DNA of 64,000 nucleotides from positions 32,196-96,195 of the IMG/VR virus record IMGVR_UViG_3300020180_000013, one strand, 5' to 3'. Source of the DNA: a virus. Numbering within the stretch: the first letter of the stretch is position 1; each line of letters opens with the position of its first letter. Under the pieces are notes generated by a model. The model had not been told where the DNA came from, did not search any database, and saw nothing but the letters and a program-made list of their open reading frames with translations. Below are positions 1 through 10,200 of the stretch, piece after piece. The translations under genes and the position numbers were made by a program.

Positions 1-3000
1 AGATGAGCTCCTATTCTATTAAACACAACATTATAAGAGTTATCAACTGCTCCTAAACCTAATGTCTGTTTACCTACGTTATTAGACTGATGTTTATAAA
101 GATTGTATTCTTGTTCTAGTACTCTAGTTCCAGATACCTGAGACTCATTACCTGGGTGTACTCTGGATTTAGGATTATAATCTTGTACCTGATCTTGTAA
201 TATATCAGCAACTGGTTTTACTATATCAGTATTATTTGGCCTGACTAGATTAGTAAAGTTCTGTGGCAGTTCTAAGATCTCTCTCATATTCTGAAGAAGA
301 TCATTTTCTACAGCTTTAGATCCATTAAGAGTTTCATAGAAGTCTTCAAAAGTATGAAGATTATAAGGTTTTAATATTTCTTCTAGTTCTTCATGAGTAT
401 AGTCCCTACTCCATAGATCACCAAATACATCAGTAAGAAACTTATCTACTATAGCATCATTGGTCCATATAATATTTCCCTTATCATCTTTTAATTCTTC
501 AAGAGCTATTCTTTTGGCTTTAACTTTTTCATAAATAGTTCTTGCTTGTTTTTGAGAATACTGAGTAGTTAAAGTAATTTTACCATCTTCATTTTTTCTG
601 AAGTTAGGCATCATTACTGTTAACTTATCTATATCAAAATCAGATCCTGATTTAGCTACTATCTCATCTGGAGGAACTATAATATTTCCGGCCTCTTTTG
701 GTAGAAACTCATATATTTCCATAAACTCCATAGAGTTAAGACCTTGTACTGGTATCCTAACTCCAATCATAGTGATCATCTGTCTGTTAGTTCCTGTATT
801 AAGCCATGGCTCATCTTTAAGTAATTCATTAAGAGCTTCTGTAGTAGATATAGATTTACTATAAGCTCTATCTCTTACTTCATCAAGTTGTAGAAGTTTC
901 TCAAACTGGCCCTGCATAGCTATCTTAACTTTCATAGCCCGGGTCTTACCATCTGGTCCTTGATGATATGTGGGAAGATCATTACTACCCCATTTTTTGA
1001 GATCACCTTCTGTAGGATTGGTTAGATTCCTATTAGTATCAAAAGCAGATAGATTTTCAAAGCCGGCACCTGAGACCTGGATAAGAGCTTCTCCATTTAC
1101 TTTTTGTCTAATTAGTCTTTTATTTACTATAGCAGTAAGTAGTCTCTCTATTTTATCTGCAGATAGAGATATAGATAAATCATGCTTAATCTGATTAGTA
1201 TTGCCTTTAATATCTATAAAGTCTATTTGATGATCAGCTAGATCTTGTCTGGTAAGTTCTTTTCTAACAAACTTAAGCAGTGGCTTAAGATCTCCTTTAG
1301 GATTACCATTCTTATCTAAAATCCATCCAGCTTCTCTTAATAGTTCTTTCTTTTTTACCTCAGTTAGTTTCCTGATATTATCTTCATAATTCTTAACTAG
1401 TTTTTCTACTTTATCATTAACCGGTTTCCCATTTTCATATAATCCATCCTCTATTAGTTTTCTTAACTGAGTTGGGAATATACTACTTTCTTTAAATGTA
1501 CTAGCAGTTTCTAATTGATTTTTAAGATACTCTATAAAGATTGGGTTCTTAGTTAATTTCTCTTGAGAAATAACTTTAGCTTGTTCATTAGAATAGAAAG
1601 GATCTGTAACTCCTTGTTTGGTTATAGTAGATACTTTTGATCCTGACTTAAATAAAGCATAGTGCACATTCTCAGTGACTAACTTATCATGAAGCTTCTC
1701 AAGATTAGTTCCTTTTATAACCGAAGGAATAAGAGGAAATACTGAAAACTTATGAAAACCTATTGTTGGCAATCCTTCAGTATGTAATGGACCAAAATAT
1801 TGTAACTTTTGAACCGGAAAAAATCTGGATACTTCAGAAGGTCTGGTGGATTCTCCTTTGATTATTTTCTGATATAACTCCTCTTGTTTTGGAGTCCAGC
1901 TATTATCCAGGGTCTTTACAGCTCTATAACTATCAAATGTAATCCAACCTTGAGCATCACCAGTATTCATCTCAGTGTAAGGTTTTAAAGCTGACTCAAT
2001 AGCTTTAGATATTTCTTTATCTAGATCTTCTTTTGAAATCTTTCCGGATATGAAATCTTTCCTTTTGGAGTATCTATCTTTTATCTCTGACTCAATAGCT
2101 TTTTTATATTGATCGTGATATACCGATAAAGTATGAGTATCTTCTAATACTGCAGAATTTAGAATAGATTGAAAGGGATCCTGAGCTATACCTTTAGAGT
2201 TAGCATATCCAAATCCTATTACTTCATTTAAATATCTTAGAGCAGATTCATCTGATCTATAAATAGTTCCTGTTGAAATGGCCCCGGCATTTCTCTTATG
2301 AAACTCCTCTTTACCCATATTATATAATGCAATATCTCCATATAGAAAATTCATAGTTTCTACGTTGTGGATCCATTGATTAATTACAAATGAAGTCAGA
2401 GCTCCCTGAACTATATCAGCAGAAGATGCCTTAAGAACTTGAGCTTTATAGTTAGTATTATTAGCTTCTTCTTTTATAGAAGTAATAAGATTGTTTGCAA
2501 CAAATTTAGTTTTAGTATATCTGTCATTTGTTGACTTAACTAGACTATTAAAATATTTAGTAATATCAGTCTCAAGATCTTTTCTTAGTTCTATAGCTCT
2601 TGGAGTATTATTCTTTAAATAAGTATCAAGAGGAAGATCTAATTTCTTTAATTTAGATTTAGTCTCTGAACTAAGAACATCATCAAATAATACAAACTCT
2701 TTTCCTCTATTATAGTAATCAGAAACATTTCTAATAGGATTTAATTCTGATGCATTCTCCATTGTGTTAATTCTGGATAGCTCTGATCCAACATAGTTAA
2801 TAACTATATTAGTAAGATTCTGTATAGCCTTGGTCTTATTAGCTATGATCTCTTCTGTATCAATATATAATTTACCGGATTTGTTTCCTGGAGCAAGAAG
2901 CTTATTTAAATTAATCATTAAAGAAGTGCCTTTATCAGCAGCCCTCATTAACTCCGGAGTCCCTCTCATGATCATCATGTGAAAATCCATAAGAAACTTA

Positions 3001-6000
3001 GTGAACTCATCTGCAGAAGCAGAAGCTATACCAGTACCTTCTTCATTGTCTATAGTAAGTTGAACACCTGATAAATTCTCTAGGTTTAATTTAGCATCTT
3101 TTCTTTTAGGTCTTCCTGGAGAATTCATATCAAATAAAGAAGTTATCCATATAGAAGATTTAGTATATGGATTTCTTTCAGTATCTAAATGATTCATATG
3201 AGGAAGAGCTATGAGCTCATCAAATGACTTAACTGAATTAATAGTGTTGATCATTTGAGTAAGAGTTGAATTAAGACTATGCTCAAATTGAGCATTACCT
3301 TCAGCATTAGTTACTGAGAAATTAGAGTACTGGTCTGAGTATCTAGTCTCTAATTCCATTAGTCTTTTCCAATTACCGGCCTCTCCTCTAAGTTCTTGAA
3401 TATTGCCCATAGCTGGCTGCTGTAGTTTAAATACATCAGATACTTTGGTTATAGTAAGTCCTCTACTTTGAATGTTAGCAAGAACTGCTCTTATAATATT
3501 AGCTTTACCTATATCATTAGCTATTCCTTGTTTAATCTCTTTCTTGTCAGATAACTGTACTCCTATTGCTTTAAAGAACTTGAATGCATTTTCTTTAATA
3601 GTATTAGCTGGGAAGTCCTTCAAGATGGTTGGAATATCCAGGTAGTTTATATTATTAGTGTCTTTCTTTATATATGGATTAGCATATGTAATTTGAAATA
3701 AATTATCCCATGCCTGGCCGGCTTTTTTGTAATCAGTAGAGGACTGGCCTATTTTTGAAATATAAGTAGAAGTCCCATCTTCATTTGTGACTTTATCAAG
3801 AGTCATCTGAATTAAAGGAATCCTGGTTTTGTTAAATGCATTCCAGAAGTCAGTCCACATTTTAAACTCAGGCCCAGATATAGTATCAGATGATCCTAGT
3901 TTAGATAATAGTTGTTTGAATACAGGAAAAGTCTCAGCTTCAGATTTGAGTCTTTTCTCCATCACTTCTGGAGAAGAGCTTCCTTCTAAAACTTTAGCTA
4001 ATCTATTCCATACTACATCAAACTCAGCTAATTGATTAACTCCTAGTTTATTCTTTTTAGTATTACCAGAGTTATCTATAGCATTAAGAGATCTAATTAA
4101 ATATAATACTTGGTTAGAAGCTAGATCAGTAAGAGAAGTTTCATTACCGTTCTTGTTATAACCTTCTCGTCCCTTAGATGCATCTTCATTTTCTTCTGGA
4201 GCTACATCTTCAAACTTATCTTCAAGAGATAAGTATTTTGATTTAAGATTATGATAGTTTATTAATCCTTTTCCATTTTCTACTCCTATTGGTTTTTCAG
4301 GATCTCCAAAGTTTCTAATAGCATAATCTAAAAGATTAATATTCTTCTGGATTTGTTCTTTAAGGAACTGATCAGTAGTTTGATCAAGACTAGATTGAAG
4401 ATCATTTCTTATATGAGCTAGCCTGGTTCTGGAGTATTTATAAGCTGTAGATCTATTATTACTACTAGTTACAATAGTAGAAGTAAATCTATTAGTTAAG
4501 TCTTTAGTATTTTTAAGATCTATTAGTTCTGAAAAAAGAGAATCTATAGTATCTACTAGTAGTCTAGAATCTTCATATGATAAAGACTGAAGAGGCTCTT
4601 CAGAAGAAATAGCTTCTAATCCTTTATTAAGGATATTAAAATTTATATTATCTCCGGAGAAAGTGAATTTATGAAGATCTCCTATTCTTAATTTTTCATA
4701 TAGATCATTTATAGTAGAAATAGCATTTTGATTTATAGCTAACTGAGCTACTGTACTATTTCCAAAAAGTGCTTTAAGAAAGTTTAATATCTTTCTAAAT
4801 AGAGTATTTCTTACTGGAGTAGTTAATTTCTTTCCATCAGATAACATATAGTTTCTGAAGTCTTCAGCTAAGTATTCTTCTAGCTCTATATTAGAAGCTG
4901 ATTTGAAAGAAATATTTTTTCCTTGATAAGTAGTAAATTTTCCGGACTTATTTCTTAGCTCATTATATACTTCTTGTTTTTGGTCTTTAGTTAAAAAGCC
5001 TTGAGTGAATGCATGCCATGCCTCATGATAAAGATCACTATAGTCTGCTCCTTTGTATAAAGTGATTCCATTTACTGTCCAGGTAGCTACTGCATTAGGA
5101 TTGGCAGCATTAATCATATTAAACATTACTTCAAAAGGGAAGTGTTTAGATAATGGAGAAGAGTTATACCAAGATCTGGCCTCAGTTATTTGTTCTTCTG
5201 TGGCTTTTTTATTGATCTCTTTTTGACCGGTAGTTTTCTCAAGAGTAGCTAATAAATCATCTATATCTTTCTGTCTTTGATCTGCAACTGATGATTCTAC
5301 TATTTTAGCTGGAGTAACTTCTGGTTTTACTTCTATAGTCTCTTTAGGATTAAGTTTTTCTATTTCACTATCAAGAGGAGAATAATTAAAGTATCCATTA
5401 AGAGTTACTATTTTTCCTTGTTCATTTATAGGAATATTAATTACTGTATGCTCTCCTAAAAAGTCTTTATAGTTTTTATCTGTTGGAATAAGCCGGGTAT
5501 TTTCCCCTTCTATAGAAAGAGTAAAGTCCTGGAAGTCTTCCATCCTGGATAAGAATTTTCTATTAATATTTATCTGAGCCCCTACCCATTTAGTATAGAT
5601 GTCTTTACCATTAGTATCTACTGTCTTTACTATAGCTCCTTGATATAATTCTTTCTCCCACTCAGGTTGAGTTCCGTCAATGATCTTTCCTGTAGGTCTG
5701 GTGACTATTTCACTAGGAGATATTCTAGTTAAGTAATCTATTATAGTTTTATTAGCAAGATCTTTATCAGATAGATCCAATGGCACTCCTTTTATAGTTA
5801 TCTCAAGATTCTGTCCATCTTCAGATACCTGAATATTCATTCCTTTGTCAGTTGTCTGAATATAGTTTTTAGCATAGTTTAATTTCTCATATGGAGAAAG
5901 TGATACATCTTCTCCAGAAGGAGCTTTTGCTGTAATATCATTTACTAATAATGATGATACTTTAGTAGCTAGTTCTGCAGTAAACTGTCTTCTCTGTAAA

Positions 6001-7256
6001 TGAATAGGAGTTTCTATCCCGGGATAATAAAAGTACACAGCCGTCTTATAAAAGGGCCCTGTATTATCTTCCTGGAATATAGGTTGAAAAGGATGTTCTA
6101 TTTCAAATAGTAACTTAGAGAATGCTTGAGGAGCTTTTCTATTCTCCTGAACTAGTCCTTTACTTCCTCCTGTTATAGTACTTCTGATAGTATTATTCTC
6201 AGGATCTTTCTTTATATACTCTCTGATTTTATGTATTTGTTCTGTTTGATCATCCTGAATCTTCTTAGCTTCAGTAGCAGTTACTTCTCTATTTAGTATT
6301 TTAGAAAGTGATTTAGCTGCCTGCTCTGGAGTCTGAATACTTTTAGGATCAGTAAGTGTTCCTTTATCATCAGTTGCCCTCATCATATAATATGATGGTT
6401 TTGCTGATTGATCATAAGAAACTTCTCCGACCTCATTAAAACTAATAGGATTGCCTTCTATATCAGTAAGGGTTAATACTACACCTAGTTTATTATGTTT
6501 GTGAAGTCTAGTTTGTTTTTCTTCTTCGGAGATCCCTGGTTCATTTAACCAAGCTTTTGTTTCTTCATATACTTGATCTATAGGAATTTTACTAGCTGAC
6601 ATTGCAGTTAGATATACTCCACCTTGTCTTGTTCCTGGAATATCTAATTTAGAACTATCACCATTAACTAGTGGAGTATATAATTTATCCAGAATAGATC
6701 TTAGAGTATTATAATATAATTTCTTAGTTGGATCAGGAGTACTGGTCCATGTTTTAACACCGGTCTCAGAATCTATAGTTATGATAGCCTCTTGGCCAGT
6801 AGTAGTTAACGGCTGATTAGGTTTAGCCTTTTCTCTTTGTTGTTCTAGAGACTTATCTTTTATTTCTTTAGGAATAATAGTATCTGGAGTCTTATTTGCA
6901 ATCTCTTGAATACTTTTGATTTGATCTATAATATCTTTATTTAGATCTAAGTATTCAATAGTTTTATCGAAGTTTTTAAAGGTATCTTCAAGATCAACTA
7001 TCTCAGGATATGCATTCTTAATCAGAGTTCTTATTTCTTTACTTCTACTTTGAGCTTCTATTATAGAAATAGGAATCATCTGTACATAGTTAATAGCAAG
7101 ACTATGACTTTTAGTTTGGTTATATACAACAGAATAAATTCCTTTTGAATAACTTTTAATATCAAAAGGAATATTCTTATTAGCCTGGTTTAATAAATCT
7201 GAAGTTACTTTCTTATAAAGTTTTTCTATTTGCTCTTTTCTTAAAGGACATGCCAT
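1..7256 (-). CDS. Giant virion (ejected) RNA polymerase with fused zincin-like domain; >2418 aa, truncated at the window edge
   Basis: Not in the ORF track because it has no stop in the window. ATG at 7256 (MACPLRKEQ...). The same frame contains HEAWH (5013-5027) followed by EEYLAEDF, and RIPVQGLNSM...AKSGSDFDIDKL (DFDID at 627-641), the catalytic motif of crAss-like/phi14:2 gp66-type RNAPs. Confidence 0.93.
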   Translation of the reverse strand, partial: MACPLRKEQIEKLYKKVTSDLLNQANKNIPFDIKSYSKGIYSVVYNQTKSHSLAINYVQMIPISIIEAQSRSKEIRTLIKNAYPEIVDLEDTFKNFDKTIEYLDLNKDIIDQIKSIQEIANKTPDTIIPKEIKDKSLEQQREKAKPNQPLTTTGQEAIITIDSETGVKTWTSTPDPTKKLYYNTLRSILDKLYTPLVNGDSSKLDIPGTRQGGVYLTAMSASKIPIDQVYEETKAWLNEPGISEEEKQTRLHKHNKLGVVLTLTDIEGNPISFNEVGEVSYDQSAKPSYYMMRATDDKGTLTDPKSIQTPEQAAKSLSKILNREVTATEAKKIQDDQTEQIHKIREYIKKDPENNTIRSTITGGSKGLVQENRKAPQAFSKLLFEIEHPFQPIFQEDNTGPFYKTAVYFYYPGIETPIHLQRRQFTAELATKVSSLLVNDITAKAPSGEDVSLSPYEKLNYAKNYIQTTDKGMNIQVSEDGQNLEITIKGVPLDLSDKDLANKTIIDYLTRISPSEIVTRPTGKIIDGTQPEWEKELYQGAIVKTVDTNGKDIYTKWVGAQININRKFLSRMEDFQDFTLSIEGENTRLIPTDKNYKDFLGEHTVINIPINEQGKIVTLNGYFNYSPLDSEIEKLNPKETIEVKPEVTPAKIVESSVADQRQKDIDDLLATLEKTTGQKEINKKATEEQITEARSWYNSSPLSKHFPFEVMFNMINAANPNAVATWTVNGITLYKGADYSDLYHEAWHAFTQGFLTKDQKQEVYNELRNKSGKFTTYQGKNISFKSASNIELEEYLAEDFRNYMLSDGKKLTTPVRNTLFRKILNFLKALFGNSTVAQLAINQNAISTINDLYEKLRIGDLHKFTFSGDNINFNILNKGLEAISSEEPLQSLSYEDSRLLVDTIDSLFSELIDLKNTKDLTNRFTSTIVTSSNNRSTAYKYSRTRLAHIRNDLQSSLDQTTDQFLKEQIQKNINLLDYAIRNFGDPEKPIGVENGKGLINYHNLKSKYLSLEDKFEDVAPEENEDASKGREGYNKNGNETSLTDLASNQVLYLIRSLNAIDNSGNTKKNKLGVNQLAEFDVVWNRLAKVLEGSSSPEVMEKRLKSEAETFPVFKQLLSKLGSSDTISGPEFKMWTDFWNAFNKTRIPLIQMTLDKVTNEDGTSTYISKIGQSSTDYKKAGQAWDNLFQITYANPYIKKDTNNINYLDIPTILKDFPANTIKENAFKFFKAIGVQLSDKKEIKQGIANDIGKANIIRAVLANIQSRGLTITKVSDVFKLQQPAMGNIQELRGEAGNWKRLMELETRYSDQYSNFSVTNAEGNAQFEHSLNSTLTQMINTINSVKSFDELIALPHMNHLDTERNPYTKSSIWITSLFDMNSPGRPKRKDAKLNLENLSGVQLTIDNEEGTGIASASADEFTKFLMDFHMMIMRGTPELMRAADKGTSLMINLNKLLAPGNKSGKLYIDTEEIIANKTKAIQNLTNIVINYVGSELSRINTMENASELNPIRNVSDYYNRGKEFVLFDDVLSSETKSKLKKLDLPLDTYLKNNTPRAIELRKDLETDITKYFNSLVKSTNDRYTKTKFVANNLITSIKEEANNTNYKAQVLKASSADIVQGALTSFVINQWIHNVETMNFLYGDIALYNMGKEEFHKRNAGAISTGTIYRSDESALRYLNEVIGFGYANSKGIAQDPFQSILNSAVLEDTHTLSVYHDQYKKAIESEIKDRYSKRKDFISGKISKEDLDKEISKAIESALKPYTEMNTGDAQGWITFDSYRAVKTLDNSWTPKQEELYQKIIKGESTRPSEVSRFFPVQKLQYFGPLHTEGLPTIGFHKFSVFPLIPSVIKGTNLEKLHDKLVTENVHYALFKSGSKVSTITKQGVTDPFYSNEQAKVISQEKLTKNPIFIEYLKNQLETASTFKESSIFPTQLRKLIEDGLYENGKPVNDKVEKLVKNYEDNIRKLTEVKKKELLREAGWILDKNGNPKGDLKPLLKFVRKELTRQDLADHQIDFIDIKGNTNQIKHDLSISLSADKIERLLTAIVNKRLIRQKVNGEALIQVSGAGFENLSAFDTNRNLTNPTEGDLKKWGSNDLPTYHQGPDGKTRAMKVKIAMQGQFEKLLQLDEVRDRAYSKSISTTEALNELLKDEPWLNTGTNRQMITMIGVRIPVQGLNSMEFMEIYEFLPKEAGNIIVPPDEIVAKSGSDFDIDKLTVMMPNFRKNEDGKITLTTQYSQKQARTIYEKVKAKRIALEELKDDKGNIIWTNDAIVDKFLTDVFGDLWSRDYTHEELEEILKPYNLHTFEDFYETLNGSKAVENDLLQNMREILELPQNFTNLVRPNNTDIVKPVADILQDQVQDYNPKSRVHPGNESQVSGTRVLEQEYNLYKHQSNNVGKQTLGLGAVDNSYNVVFNRIGAH

Positions 7257-7273
7257 AGGATAATATTTATTAA

Positions 7274-10200
7274 TTATTCACCACAACCAAGATCTGATAA
7301 AAACTCTTCATCATTTTCTTCTTTAGATTTTTTAGTAGCCTCATCATGGAGTCTATCTACTTCAGATTTATCTTTAAGTAAATCTTCTTCAGCTTTTACA
7401 TTACTCTTCATCTGAGTTTTATCTTCAGTAGTAAGATCCGGTGTTAAATCTGCTTCTTCCATTCCTTCATTATATTTAAACTCTATTTCTGATATGGGCT
7501 CATAATATACTGTGGCCCCATTTTCTCCATATCTTACTACTTTAATAGTGTCTTTAGTCTTTCCTACTACTTCACCCAGACCAGTTTTTCCATATCTGGA
7601 TTTGTCTTTCATGACTAGGATTTCTCCATCTTTTATATCATCAAAATTAATAGATAAAGCTAACTCTTTCTTTTTATCTTCTATCATTTGGTTAATAAGT
7701 TCCCCTGATAAATTCTGAGCTTTTCTAATAGCCGGAGTAGATAGATCTTCTATTAATTCTCCTTCTAATAATTCTAATTGCTCCATAGTAGTTACATCTT
7801 TAAACCTAGCTTCTAGTGATCTAGTTGGTACAGGAGCAGCTACTATAACTTCTAGTTCAGGCTCTATAATTGGAATAGCTGCTTCTTTAGGTTTAAGCTC
7901 TGCTGCTATTTTATCTATTTCAGCAAACTTAGATTTATAGATTGCATTTTCTCCTTCAGAGAGTTTCTCATTATTGTTTATTTTCTGAGCTATACTATTC
8001 ATCCTCTCTGGGGTGACTATTACTTTCTCCTGGAAGTCTAATATTTCTTCATCTCCAACTACTTCAGGAACTGCTTGTATAACCTGAGTAGGTTTTACCG
8101 GTTCTTCTAGAGTAACTACTTCTTCTGGAACTCTACCTGTTCTAGTATTGAACTCATCTAATATCTTATGTGCAGAAGGAAATCCTATGATCCAGTTTTT
8201 AAATCTTAAACTCTTTGCTATTTGATCATCTGATAAAGTAGCTAGATTTTCTTGTTCTTCTGGTACTAACTTACTATTCTGATCTCTATAAGTGGATATA
8301 AGAGTAGCTCTTAGATCTTCTGGTAGTTGATTAATTGGGGTGGCTATAGTAATACTTGCTGGTCCAGTAGTTATAGTCTCTCCTCCAGGAGTAACAGTAA
8401 CGTTAGTAGTATCTATTTTAGTAGTAATAAGACTAATTACCTGATCTAGTAATGTACTATCTGTAGATACTTTAAATAATCTTTGAAAGAATTTTTTTAC
8501 TGAATTTAGATAATCAGTCCAGGTTGATTTCTGAGTAACTTCATGAGGAATTTCTTTTAGGAAACTCTGGAAAGTATCATTACTTATAGCTTCAGCTGCA
8601 AATTCTTTTTCACTTGAAAGACCATTTAAAGGAGCTTCTCCATATTTGGATTTAGCTTCTTCTGTAGTAGAATACTGCCTTGCTCTTTCTAGAAGAGAAG
8701 TAATATCACTCTTAAATTGAGGATCAGTATCTATTCCTTCTGTAGTATATTTATGAATTAGTTGATGTAAGATAACATGCTCTATAGGATTGTTACCTGA
8801 TTTATAATCTACTGAACTATATCTGGCATCTATAACTATTCCTGTTTCAGGATTATAACTACCAGGAGAAACTGAGTCTTTCCTAAAGAGGATAACTTCT
8901 TCTGGTTTAGTAATAGATAATAATCTTCTAGCTAAAGCTTTCTCTCTAAGAGTTGAGTATTTACCGGTGATTATATTTCTGAGTACTCTTGTTGATATAA
9001 CTTTTGATTCAGTATCTGCTGAGTTAAACCCATATTCTTTGGCATAATCTTCATAGGTTCTCTGGTCTCCTTTAAATTTTCTTCTAGCAAATGATTCATA
9101 TCCTGGAGTAGTATCCTGTGTTTCCGGTATTGGTTTCTCCGTATATTGCTTTCCAGTTGCTTTTTCAAACTGTTCAATAAGATTAAGGATCTGCTTACCT
9201 TTTTCTGAATTAAGTGGAATTTCTCCATGAGGGCTTGTAACACTATAGAATTTAGTTGGAAGTTTATTTGTATCAGTTAGTGATTCTATTTCTTTAGAAT
9301 CAAAGAATGCTCCTAGTTTATATAGTTCATTTAAGAACTCATTGTACTCAGATTTCTTAATAAATTCTTCAAGACCTTCTCTTAAATAGTTTATTCTATT
9401 ATTGCTAGCTACTGTAGCAGCTTCAACTGCTCTTGAGTGAGCTTCTCTAAATGTCTCCGGATTAGTTAAGAAGTTTACTGCACTGGCTAATCGTACAGAA
9501 TCTTCATTGAGTTCATAGAAATCTTTAAGCTTTCTGAAAGCGTTATTTACATCTTCATCTAATATATGATCATCAGATAGATTAGCTATTGTTTTTATGT
9601 ATTTAGAATAAGAGTCATAAAGTAATTTAGCATGTTCTGCAGAAGCTAGGTCTTCTTCTTGCTCTGGGGTAGCACTAGTTGATCTTGCTTTAATAGCAGC
9701 TTGGAATCCTATTATATCAAGTTTAAGGGCTATAAGAGATTCTAGTATAGCTTCTTTCTTTTTGGCTATTGCTTTATCTCCGGCAGTAGTTGATTGTGTA
9801 TAAGTGGGGATCTCAAGTTTAAGTGAATCAATCTCATCTTGAATCTGAGTAGGATCAAATAAAAGAGTAAACGCAGATGAAGAGGCTTTAGCTAAAAGCT
9901 TACTCTTTACTGCATCTTGAGTAATATCAGTCATTCTATCTAGAGTTCTATCAAAACTATATCTAGAAAACAAAGCCATTTTCTTAAGCTCATCAAAAGC
10001 TTCTCTAGCATGATACTCTTGTATCTTAGCTGTAGGATCTTTTACTTTAGATGGATCAAATGAATTAACCATTTTCTTTTCTATGACATCAAATCTATTT
10101 CTAAGATAATCTACTTTATCAGTAAAACTATCTAGTTTTTGTGCATAAGATGTATCATTTGTCCCTGGCTTTTCTCCAAAGGCTTCTGATAACTCTGCAG

